Assembly: GCA_026023565.1 (NCBI GenBank)
Contig: JAPETS010000017.1
Span: forward strand, 372,001 to 436,000
Direction of reading: 5' to 3'
DNA: 64,000 nucleotides
DNA from: Cirrosporium novae-zelandiae
Taxonomy: Eukaryota
Positions within the stretch are counted from its first letter, which is position 1; each line of letters begins with the position of its first letter. Both the position numbers and the translations under genes were made by a program. Positions 49,472 to 61,132 of this stretch are shown piece after piece. Below the pieces are notes generated by a model. The model saw only the letters and a list, made by a program, of their open reading frames with translations, searched no databases and had not been told where the DNA came from.

Positions 49472-51271
49472 GAAAACCCATTCATTGGGATTGCTATGTG
49501 GATGGGAAGCGAATAAGAAGGCGGGGTGAATAACCCAAAGAAAGAATATTTCGGCAGTCCTTCAGCAATAAACCATCCTGCTTTGGAGAGAATGAAAGGG
49601 AAACAAAAATAGAGCCTCTATCAATCTTGATCTCAAAAAGACCTACACTAAATACATCGCCAATACTTCGCACACCTTAGTTGCAGATGTCCCAGCTTCA
49701 GCCCCAACTGGCAAACAAAACCCCCTCACCGGACTGACTACACACACATTCCCATCTTTCGCCTCTACCTTACCTACATATAGTTTACAGCATGATTCAC
49801 ATGCACACATCTATATCGCAATATCCCTCACATGCTCTCCACCTACTGAGTATCACCTTCAAGAAAGCCGTCGATTAAGACATCACTTCCGAAGTAACAA
49901 GCAGAAGCTTAAGTCCACGATACCTACAACCACAATAAGGTATACCATCCAACAAGGCAAAAAAAACTCAAAATTCTATGCTATCAGGGAGTGGGGAGGG
50001 GGGGGGCAACAATGGCCGTTCGGCTTCTGGATTGACAAAGATAGGGATATTAGTCAATTTACACACAATGGAGCATATGTTAGGGACGGCAAATGCTAGG
50101 CGATGATGATGATGATGTATGAAGTAGAAAATATGATAAGATAGACAAGTTAGGACTCATTGACACAGAAATAACTCCTGAATGTAAGTGTAAGGATTAT
50201 CGTATCTCATCTACTAGCTATAGATGCGCTGGCTACAAGAACTTGTTGTATTTCCAAAAAAAACAAAAAAATTCATATACCTACTATACACCACTTTTTA
50301 ATATCTCTTTGACCCTTTTTTACTTACTTACTGTAGTCCCTTGGTGAGTAATAGACTATGTATGGATGAAAATTATCAATCCCCCCCCCCCTTTGCTAGC
50401 AAGGTGAAGACAGACAGGTAAGGGCAAGGGCAAGGGGCGCGGAGATTATATTATATTATATTATATAGGCCATTGGGCATTTGGTAATAAATAAATAAAT
50501 AGCCTAGATGTAAGCAAAAGTGAATGAAGAAGAAGTCTATGTGCACAATGTTAATCAAGTTACTGGCTTGATGTGCATCAAAAACCCTCCAAAAATTGAA
50601 TCAATAGCTACTAACAATGACTTTCTCACGTCATCCTTGCTATAGACTATAACAAATTGAGATGCACACACTACCATACATGCATGCATGCCAGTAGTAA
50701 CTAACTAATATCCATCCATCCATCTCATACAAATTGTACAAAAACGGCAAATGATACAATCTCTACCATAATCTGAATCGAGGGTAGCAAATGATGATGA
50801 ACGAGAAAGACAACGATCAAATTTGCACTTTCGTGTACTTAGGAGAATTCTGTGTTGTGTTGCATAGAGAAACTAACCACCCAAGCCCTCTCAGGTCAGT
50901 CCAAGGACATCAAATACCAAACTCTTGTTGGCCCAAATGCAAAAAAAGATTCCCCAAGAGCCATTGATATTCCATCCACAGACAGAACACTAAGAGAGGA
51001 GTTGCCCCCCTTCGTATAAACTGTTCATCGGACATCCAAAAAAATAAAATAACCAGACCAATTCATTCCGAAAAATCCATACATTGCCTGAAGAAAGAAA
51101 ATCCTGTCGTCGAGTTTTAACTTCATGCCGTGTAACCATCCATCATTTCCAATCCATTTAATGGTTATCCATATCCATTCACCGCCGCCGGGATCTGGAA
51201 GGTGACAGATGGGTTCTAATAAGATAAGCGGTTTGAATACCAACGGCAAAAACCAAAAGATGTAGGAATGT

Positions 51272-53032
51272 CTACCAATAGCCACGGCGGTCATAGCTTC
51301 CATAGCCGTCTCTCACTGGACTCCTTCTTACCGGTGGCCGGTCATAGGGACGGTCTGGGCCAGGGACGTAGGGGTCTTCATAAGCTCCACGGCGAGGGGG
51401 GGGTGGTCCACGAGCTTCATAAGGGTCATCATAGGGACGGCGGGGTGGTGGGTAATCTGCTGGAGGATATGGCCGAGGTGGGCTTCGGCCAAATCCTCTG
51501 TCACGGTCATAGTAATCACGACGAGGTGAGCGCTCACGGTAGTCACGACGAGGACTGTACCCGCGAGGAGGTCCACGTCTGTCGTAATCATCCACTGCTG
51601 GATAGCCACGACGCCCAGGAGGAGAACGAGAACGTCCATGACGGTGGAATTGAGGTCGGTCTTCTTGAGGCTTGAGTTGAAGTTAGTATAATTATGGCAC
51701 ATATCGAGTGATTTCATTTACCTCCGCAACGCAGGAGACGCGAGTTCCTTTAAATTCGCGACTGTCGAGCTTTTCGACAGCGGTACGAAGATCTGCCGCA
51801 GTTTCGAATTCCACAAATCTATATCAGATTAGTACGATTCTAAGTGACCATCTACGAACCAATCTCACCCTTTTCCATCACGTTCTCGTGATGTCTCGGA
51901 GTAGACAACATCTAGGCCCGATTGACGGGCAAAATCTTTGAGGTCCTATGGGTCCAGAGTAAGTGCCAAGTTCAAGCCAGTCCTGTCGTGTGTAAATGGT
52001 CCTAAATCTCCGGGAGACCAAAAGTACAACCAGTATCAGAAAAATCAAAGATATCGCAAAGGCCAATTTGGGGAAGAACATGAGCAAGTGAAGCCATGTT
52101 AGGCATAATTCAATGGCTCTTGCTAGGCCTGCTATGCAGCAACTTGAAGTGAATAGTGCAAGGTCCACGAGGGATAAGATCAAGCTTCAGGTGAATCGAA
52201 TATAAGCTAAGGGATGAATGGAGGAGCAAGCCAGATATGAAGATGCTGCACAAAATCTGTGAGGATATAATGCAGGTGCATTATGCCATGAAAGATGACC
52301 AAGGCTTGGATGTGGGGTCCAAGGTGATACAAGTCCGATGAGGGAAACATCTCAGGAATCCAAAAAGAAAGTTGTCCAAGTTTTCCAAGCAGTATTGAAG
52401 AAGGAGGGATATCTAACCTGCCAGCTGGTTTCGCCTGGAAGTCCAGTGATTGTCATGCGATGAGCAGTACGTCTTGGACGAGGCGCTGAGCTACGATCTT
52501 GTTGTTGGAAACCATCTTTTGGACGTGATCCACGAGCAAATTGCACGGTCAAGCGTTGGCCCATGAAATCAGTTCCATCTATGTTCTCTCTTAGTCAAGT
52601 GTTTGATGTTTGAAATCCAGTGTTCGGTGATTGACATACGGAAAGCTAAAGAGCAAAAAAGGTTAGTATTTATTTTTCACAATGCAGCCTTTCGAACACC
52701 CACCAGGTACAATATCCCTTGCATCCAAAGCGTCCTTGTATTCGATGAAGCCGAAGCCATTCATGAGTTTTATTTCGGTGATTTCGCCGGAGCCATGAGA
52801 GGCAAAATGTTGCTCAACATCGGCCTTGGTGGCTAAGACACGGTGTGTCAGTGAGATGGGCGCGGCAGAGAAGTGAAATGTCCAGAATCCATCAGAGACG
52901 CTGTCGCCAGAAGGAACCTTGCGACAGCATGCATAGCTACCAAAACAACGGGAATTGTGGAGGGTTGCGATCCAGCATACCGTTTCGGGGAAGATTCCCC
53001 AGATAAAGTCGCGTCGAGGAGACCTCAGTCAT
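51272..53032 (-). CDS. srp2: SR splicing factor with RRM, pseudo-RRM and RS domain (Srp2/SRSF4-6-like)
   Basis: MTEVSSTRLYLGNLP, GFGFIEY, TVQFARG, SWQ|DLKDFARQ pseudo-RRM signature, RSRSP repeats; many introns. Confidence 0.92.
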
Positions 53033-53762
53033 TGTTGGAAAACCGGACGATGGGGGGTATTGTTAAATAATAACGAAGTGATGGCCAGCCGGTGACCGAA
53101 AGAGCTCGGAAGACTTAGTCCAGAATATGAGAGCAGAGAGCCCAGGTCCTTCCAGTGAAGTTAGGGGAATTGGAGGCTTATATGCTGTAAAAAATAGATG
53201 GGCAAAGTTGTGGAAAATAGATGGAAGGAAGGTGAAGATGGGAAGTAAGAATGAGAAAGGAAGAAGGTGAGTTTTTTTGGTGGAGTTTTCGGTGTTCGCG
53301 CTGGCGCAAGGTAATTTAGGTGTGACCGTGTGAATGAAGGATTGGAAAGGTGGCTGTTAGGCTTCGTGGCTTGTAACTTTTCCTGTAACTTTCCCGTAAC
53401 TTTACTGTACTTTTTTCGCCAAGAAATCTGGAGCTGCACGGGGCTGGAACGGAATAACTTGATAACCGACAACCGACAAGTTGAGACCCCAGCCCTAACT
53501 TAGGTCCGAGGTTCTCTGACTAGATACTAGATACCTAAGTAGGTAGCTAACCTCTTTATTATATACCTTCATTTACAACCTACTACTATCTACCCTCCTA
53601 TCCATCCTATGACTTGTCAATTTCAAACTAACCGTCATGTGTCATTTTCATTTTCATTCTATGCATTCATATCCCCATATCCCAAACCCCTGTAACCTGT
53701 CATCTCCTGCTTCCATAATTTATCATTTCTTTGACATATAATGTTACAGAGTGGAGAGTAAG

Positions 53763-55762
53763 TTAAGTCATAAAGTATTTCGGGCCTTCACCACCTTGTG
53801 GTGTCTGCCAGTTAATATCTTGATCGGGAACCTTGATATCGCATGTTTTACAGTGGATGCAACTATAATCTCATTAGTAGCCGATCAAGTCACATCAAAC
53901 ATCTCGACTCACTTTTGAGCATTAATCTGAAATCTGACACCAATGTCTTTGGATTCATCTTCCACATATTCATAAACCCCCGCGGGACAAAACCGATTTT
54001 CGACACCCTTGTATTTAGGCCACTCAATTTGTGCGTGCTTATCCCAGTCCTTAACCTGGAGATGAACCGGCTGATCTTCTTCGTGATTTGTACCTGTCCT
54101 ACTGACACTGGTTAATATATCAAAACTGATCTTGCCATCTGGCTTGGGATATTCAATCTTCTTGCAACGGTCAGCAGTCTTGGTAGCAGCATGGTCTCCC
54201 TGGCCATGGTTGAAGGTCCAGGGTTCCTTTCCCCTCAAAATAAACGATTCAAGCCCAGAATAAACGAGGCCTCCGTAAAGACCAAGGGGAGTATGGAACG
54301 AAGGACGCATATTTCGAACTTCCATGAGTTCTGACCAAATTGAAGATTTTCTGAGTGCATCCTCGTAGTCATACAAGAAGATTGTACCATCATTAACATT
54401 CGTCAAGGCTGAATATGCCGCTTCGGCAGCCAACATCCCCGACCGCATTGCCGAATGAGTACCCTTGATCTTAGGAACGTTAAGGAACCCTGCGGTATCA
54501 CCAATTAAAGCTCCGCCCGGAAACGCGCATTTTGGTATCGATTGGAAGCCGCCCTCATTCAATGCTCTTGCACCATATGAAATACACTTCCCACCTTCTA
54601 TGACTGATTTGTATATAGGGTGGTGTTTCATCTTCTGGAACTCTCCGTAAGGGGATACCCAGGGATTAGGATAGTCTAAGCCGACGACAATTCCCAAGCT
54701 TACAAGGTTCTCCCCAAAATGGTAGAGCCAGCCACCGCCATATGTATCATATGACAATGGATAACCCATTGTATGAGTTACCTCACCTTTCTTGAAATTC
54801 TCAGGCTTGACTTCCCAGACTTCCTTCAGACCTAATCCATAAGTCTGCGGTTGACTATCTCTTCGAAGATCATACTTCTTAATGACTTGCTTTGTCAAGC
54901 TCCCGTGGCATCCTTCCGCAAACAAGGTGATTCTTGCATGGAATTCCATGCCACGTTCGAACGAGGCCTTCGGCTTGCCGTCTCTAGCGATACCGAGATC
55001 GTTGGTGGCTACACCTTTAACAGAACCATCAGGCTTATAAACAACCTCACTAGCAGCAAAACCAGGATATATCTCAACCCCAAGTTCTTCTGCTCTGTCA
55101 CCTAGCCATTTGCAAAATTCATTCAAGCTTATGATGTAGTTGCCATGATTATTCATTTGTGGCGGGGTCGGAATCCATACTGATTGGGATTTTGTAAGGA
55201 AGCGCATTCGTTCTTTGGAGGTAGGAGTGGCATTTGTAAATCGATTTGGATTATCTTCTGATAGCCAGTCCGGAATAAGATCTTTGATTGCGGATGGTTC
55301 AATGACATTGCCCGAGAGAATATGATCACCAATAGCACCCGCTTTTTCAAGTAATATTACTCGAAGGTCTTCGTTCCCGGCTTCATTGGCCAACTGCTTT
55401 AACCGTATGGCAGCACTGAGGCCAGCAGGCCCTATTAAAATAGTCAGAAGGATCATAGAATTTTGCCAGTGGTCAATTTGGAAGGACTTGCCTCCTCCAA
55501 CAATACAGACATCAACATCATCGCTCTCACGATCCTGCTGTGTTGGGTCAAACGAGTCATCTATAGTTGAAAATGACCGTGTAGAGACGGTTGAGAATGA
55601 TCTTGGCCAAACTCTCAAGGGTAACTTAGGTGTTCGGTACAAGAGTGTAGATATTCTTTGAGGGGAGAAACGAAACAATGGAGCTGGAATTTTAGATATG
55701 GAGCTGGGATAGATAATACGAGAACGCCTAAGGCCAGTTAAAGAGATATTCCTGCCAGCCAT
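53763..55762 (-). CDS. CIR2: Electron transfer flavoprotein-ubiquinone oxidoreductase
   Basis: Mitochondrial presequence, [56 protein letters not shown] 4Fe-4S motif. Confidence 0.96.
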
Positions 55763-58243
55763 GAGAAGATTGAGGGGATTTCCCAATATGCATGTCCGTA
55801 GAAGCTTGGGAGAGAGAAAAATGTAAAAAGACAAAAACAAGTCAATTGGTTTCTTCGAATCATGACGCGCGGATTTCTCAGAGCATATTACCCGAATCGG
55901 TGCGAATTTCGGAGGATGCCCCTCTTGTCCTTTTGTCCTCTTGTCATCTCGTGCATCTCGTGCTTCTCTCTCTGTCTCTCTGTCTTTGTCTCTCTCTCTC
56001 GCTCTCTCTAAATTCATCTCCCCACTTCATGACAAAAACAACCGAGCTAACATGACAGACTAACCAAGGAATAGCCAACAATCAACTACTCTAAACTACA
56101 CCTTACTAACAAATTTCTCCTTTCATCCCCCCAGAGGAAATCAAACTATAGTACCCCGTCAAACCACCGTCAAAATCGCCCATTCTCATCCTTTCTTGGG
56201 AACGCTACCATCGCTAACCCATCGGACATTTCACCAATGATTTACCCTTGGGCTCATCCCCTGAACTGTGCGAGGAAGCAACTGTGCTGTGCTACCATAA
56301 CGGCCACGACATCCTCCCTATCCAACACATGTCAATCAATATACCGAAACCCACTTGATTTGTGTGCTTCAAGATCCAAGTCAATATTCCCTATGTCAAG
56401 CCAAGACTCTCAAGCTTCAGCTCCACGTTCCATCTTCACCTGGTTCACGGTCCCACCTACAGACTCTCCCAAATAGTGCTCGCTCCTTGTGCAATTAATA
56501 TGCAATTAATATACTAATACACGATCCCCGTATGCGACACGCCGTACCACCGTTACTGAACGCCTTCCGAGCCTGAGGCCTGAACTTATTTCCTGGTAGA
56601 CAGGTTGGAAGATGACGAAATAGAGAACAAAAAACAGGTCAACTAAAGCTTTGAACAAGCATACAATCCCAGATACCAACTGTGCTCCAGGCACAGCATG
56701 CATACTGCATGTCGCAATATACCCACCCTACTTAGATCGGGAAGCTTTAAAGGCAATCTTGAGGTGTAAACAACTTGATCACAGCCTGGCTCTTGTACCA
56801 ACTGCGAGCGCTTGGATCAGTACTATATTGCCAGGTACAGCGGAAAGTACACGAATTAACAGGCAGAACAGATATCAGATAGCACAATTTGTGCACGCCT
56901 GGACACTGCTACCATTCCCCTGGCGGTGAAATGCCTATCATAGCCTAAGGATAGGCTTGAAGATCAGGGCCTCGAAGCTTGAGTTAACTATAAGAAAAAT
57001 AGCGCTGCGGATCCTTGAATACTCCCCACAACAATTATCTTACGCTTTTCGATAACCTGAGGCGAATTGAGCAATTAATCTTAAGTGAAAATATTCTTGG
57101 TTAACATCAAAGAACTGTTCTGACAACGGTAACAATAACCTTGATTCTAAAATGATTTTCCACATGGGAGGGGCGGAAGCATGTTGCTGCGAGTGGACCG
57201 ACAGTCAAGCTGTATGCGCCTTGTACCTGAATTATATGAAACTTCCCTTACCCTAGGTGCCAGTGTATTAACATTGTGGGTTCTACAGCTTGGGGAGCTT
57301 ATCGAGCTGCCGCACGAGTAAAGATTGAGATATAGGTCCTGGATTTTTCACATGTCAATCATTGTGCTATATTCCAACAGATAGCCATCTATCGCATCCC
57401 AAGTCCATGCTACGGGTTGGTGGGTTTGTCCTCTCATGACTTGTTCCACTTTCTAAATTTGATTTTCGTCCCTGGTCTTTTTTGCTATGACTTTGCTCCT
57501 TGGGGACATTTGTGCACCTGGAGCTGCTTAGACGGGAACTATTATGATCGACTAGATGATGCTGCATGTAAAGGATTATCAGGGAACTAGTCGGCCGTTG
57601 GAATGGAATTCTGGCACTGATTGGGGAGAGGGGAGAAATAGATGGTTATCGCAGTTTAGCAGTGTATGGTTGGAATTTCCGTTAGAAGGAAAATGTCCTA
57701 TTGGCAGGTTAGCGCCTAAGGCCCCTGAAAAAATGCCAACGGTGGCCAAGATGGATGGATGGATGGATGATGAAGAGTCAAAAGACGACATGGACTGACT
57801 TTTACCTCCACACAGCCGGGTGCCGACATTGGTCAAAGCTACCAATTTAGCAGCAACTAGCAACATCTACAAACATCGCCCTTGATCGAATCCAACCATC
57901 AGATATTTTTTCCATAACCAAAGCTTTTTTGACAATAGACAACCGTTTTCGGATGTGGAACCACTTACGTTTCTGTCATGTTGTCTGAAGGTATCCTTCC
58001 TAATACGGAGCTCCCCGTAAACCCTCTCTTGTCCCCTCACTGTCTATCCAGTCCCCTCCAGCTATCCTCTAGCTTTTGGGATGTGTATATATACCCACTT
58101 GATCCTCTGCTGTTATGTTCTTCACCAGCCAAGCATCGGTCCAGCGGTCTTCAGTTCAATTTGATAATCATCTTAGCAAACGTTCACTAAACGCACTTTC
58201 GCTTTCTTCGATTTTCTAAATCAATCAAAACCAATCAGCCAAA

Positions 58244-59063
58244 ATGCAGTTCTCCAAGATCGTCAGCATTGCCATCTTCGCGGCTCCTTTCGTCGCTGCA
58301 GTTTCCCTTTCGGATCTGCCAGATTGCGCTGTAAGTTTATCTACCGCTTGAATTGGTCCAACCGTTGTCTAATCATCTTTCCACAGCTCACCGACGCCGT
58401 TTCTAGCATTGATGATACTGGTTGCAGCATCACCGATTATGAGTGTATCTGCGAGTCTACCACCTGGATGAGCTCTCTCACTGAGGCCGTCGAAGAAGAC
58501 TGCACTGCCGCGGAACTTGAGGGTAATATCTTCCCTCTGGTTATCACAAGATCATTATGACAGATTTTACTAACAATCTTATAGAAGTCTATACCTTCGC
58601 TGAAGAGTTCTGTGCCGAGGTTGGTGTAACTCTTGATATCTCAGCTATCGCCGCTGCCGCTTCCGCTACCACCGCTGCTACCACCACTGCTGCTGCTACC
58701 TCTGTTGCTGCTGCTACTTCCACTGAAGCCGCAGCCACTTCAGCTGTTGCAGCTTCATCTGCCGCCGCTGCTGTTTCATCTGCCGTTGCTTCTTCCGCTG
58801 CTACCGCCACTGTTGTCGCATCGACCTCCGCTGCTGTTGTCGCCACCAGCGCTGCCGCAGCCTCTAGCGTCGCAGCCACCTCATATGCTACCTCAGCTGC
58901 TACCACCACCTATGCTGCTGCCAGCGGAACCGTCAGTGGCTCAGGCAACTACACTGCCACCTCTTCCCTTGCTGCTTTCACTGGTGCTGCTGTCGCTTCC
59001 AAGGCTTCGTGGACTGGCATCTTCGGTCTCTCCGTCGCTGGTGCTCTCTTCGCCCTCTTGTAA
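58244..59063 (+). CDS. GPI-anchored CFEM-domain cell-wall protein
   Basis: Signal peptide, LPDCA|..., GC..TD..CIC, Ala/Thr/Ser-rich stalk, AFTGAA omega region and hydrophobic tail; two introns. Confidence 0.88.
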
Positions 59064-60618
59064 GCGCCTGGATGATAGAGGTAGCTCGTGCTCGCGGTTC
59101 TCGTCCTGTTCCCTTTTACGGGTCTAATGTTCAAAGCGGTGATGAGGGCGTGTTAATGAGTTCCTCCGGTCGACTCGGTTGGCAAATACCGGGTTTCGAC
59201 ACCACGCTCCCCCCCTCCCTGATGCTCTTCTAATTTGGCTATAATACATCTTGGTGAACGGCAAAGCGCAAATCAGGGCGGAAAATGGTTAGACGGGAAA
59301 GGAATCGGTTGGGTGAAATGAAGATCACTGCTTTGGCTCCGTCTCTAGAGTTGGACATTTGTTATCGCCTGCTCGGGTCTCTAATATCTCTAAAAAAACT
59401 ACATGCAGACAACAAGAATTGACTCTTCACTTGCAAAAAAACTACAACAACAAAACTACATCCGTTCTTTTTAATTTAATGAAGTAGTTAATATAGGCCC
59501 AACTCAAATACAACACTCTTTTCACCCGCTGGTAAATTTATATGTTCAACCGCTAAATTTGTTTTACCTGTCCTTTGTAGATAATATGCGGACTAAAATG
59601 AATAATCATCGTCCTTGTAGATTAACTGATGAGAAGACTAGTAAAGTAAATCCTTTGAACACTATTACTTAGTAATATTCGTAGTTGAAACCACACTATC
59701 CTAAACCCAAACCCCTCCATAAAGCCTTCTTCTGTTATGGTTAGTTAACCTTAGATGCAAGATATTCTTCCACCACTTGAAATTAATAACAGGAACACAT
59801 AGATAATAATAGTTCCATATCATCATCTTCTTCTCTAGACTGATCATAAGGGAAATAATAGATGGATAGATGGATGGATGGATGGATATATCTAGATAAA
59901 TATGTATGTATTGTTATTGAAAAGAAAATGAATGAATTTAGGAATTGGTGGTATTAGATATAATTAGTAGTTAGTCCCTCATATATATATATATATATAT
60001 ATACTAGCTAGTCTTGTTTGTTTATTGGTATTGGAAATATATATACATCTCTCTCCTTCTCTTATTAAAGGAGCTGTTTATGTGGAGGCTTTTGTAGGCT
60101 ATATTATATATATATATATATACTGTTTTGTACTGTAGTTGACTAGTTAGGTTGGTTGACTAATTCTAAGTTAGTCGCTTTTTTTTCTCTTTTTTTTTCT
60201 TTGAAACTGAAGGGTGATATTCTATGATTCAATTATCTATCCCTATCCTTATCCTATATCCTATATATTTAATACCATGCATACATATATCTATAGAGAA
60301 AGAGAGATCCCACACTACACTATATATTTCCTCTTTCCTCCCAACTCTTAAAAAAATGAGAAAAATAAAAATAAAATAAAAACAAAACTAACTTACATCC
60401 TACATAAAAAAAAGGGCAAACGAACAAAGGAACAAAACAACTTGATCATATAATTTATAACGTTTCAAAGTAATAATCAACTCTACGTTGTAAGTACCAT
60501 AGATATTTTAGTCTGTTCTATATTTCCTACATACATTAAAGACTAACCAATCAACAATAACAATCGAAATATCCCAAGTAAGATACCTATGTAGATATCT
60601 CAATCCTTCCATTTCGAG

Positions 60619-60671
60619 CTACATACATACATACATACATACATACATACATACATACATACATACATACA
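60619..60671 (+). repeat. (TACA)n microsatellite
   Basis: About 13 tandem units read directly. Confidence 0.95.
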
Positions 60672-61132
60672 GTAATTACTTGCTAATCGAAACCATTTTT
60701 ATATTACTATTCCTGGTATCTGAAAATTCCTAATATCAATCTCCCACCTAGTTTCCTCCCCCATCCCTCCACCTCACTCCACCTCACCCCGTCAAAACAT
60801 AAGGAAAAAAAAAGCTAAAGTGCATAGATAGACAAAGAATCTGTCCCGCGTGCTGCTGCACGCATATAAATACAACCCATAATCCCCTGTTTTCAATTCG
60901 ATTTCACCATTTCCCATCCCCATTACCCTTCCCAGGCGGTATGCATATATGCTCAAACCATTCCCATCAATGATAATATATGAGATACATAAAATCCACT
61001 AACCACCTTCAAGAGCCTTAATGCAATGCATGTATAACGAGAAGGAAAATATACCTTTTGTCCCGCGCCTGGAAATGCCCTGTCACTATAAGATGCGCCG
61101 CCAACCCCTAGATTCGCTTTAACCTTTAGGTA

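Noticed and set aside
48973..49485. 170-aa minus-strand ORF
   Set aside because: Antisense shadow of NOP16 exon 2
55763..56017. N-terminal extension of the ETF-QO ORF (ERARERDKDR...)
   Set aside because: Comes from a GA/CT-rich upstream tract; the ATG at 55762 gives a proper mitochondrial presequence
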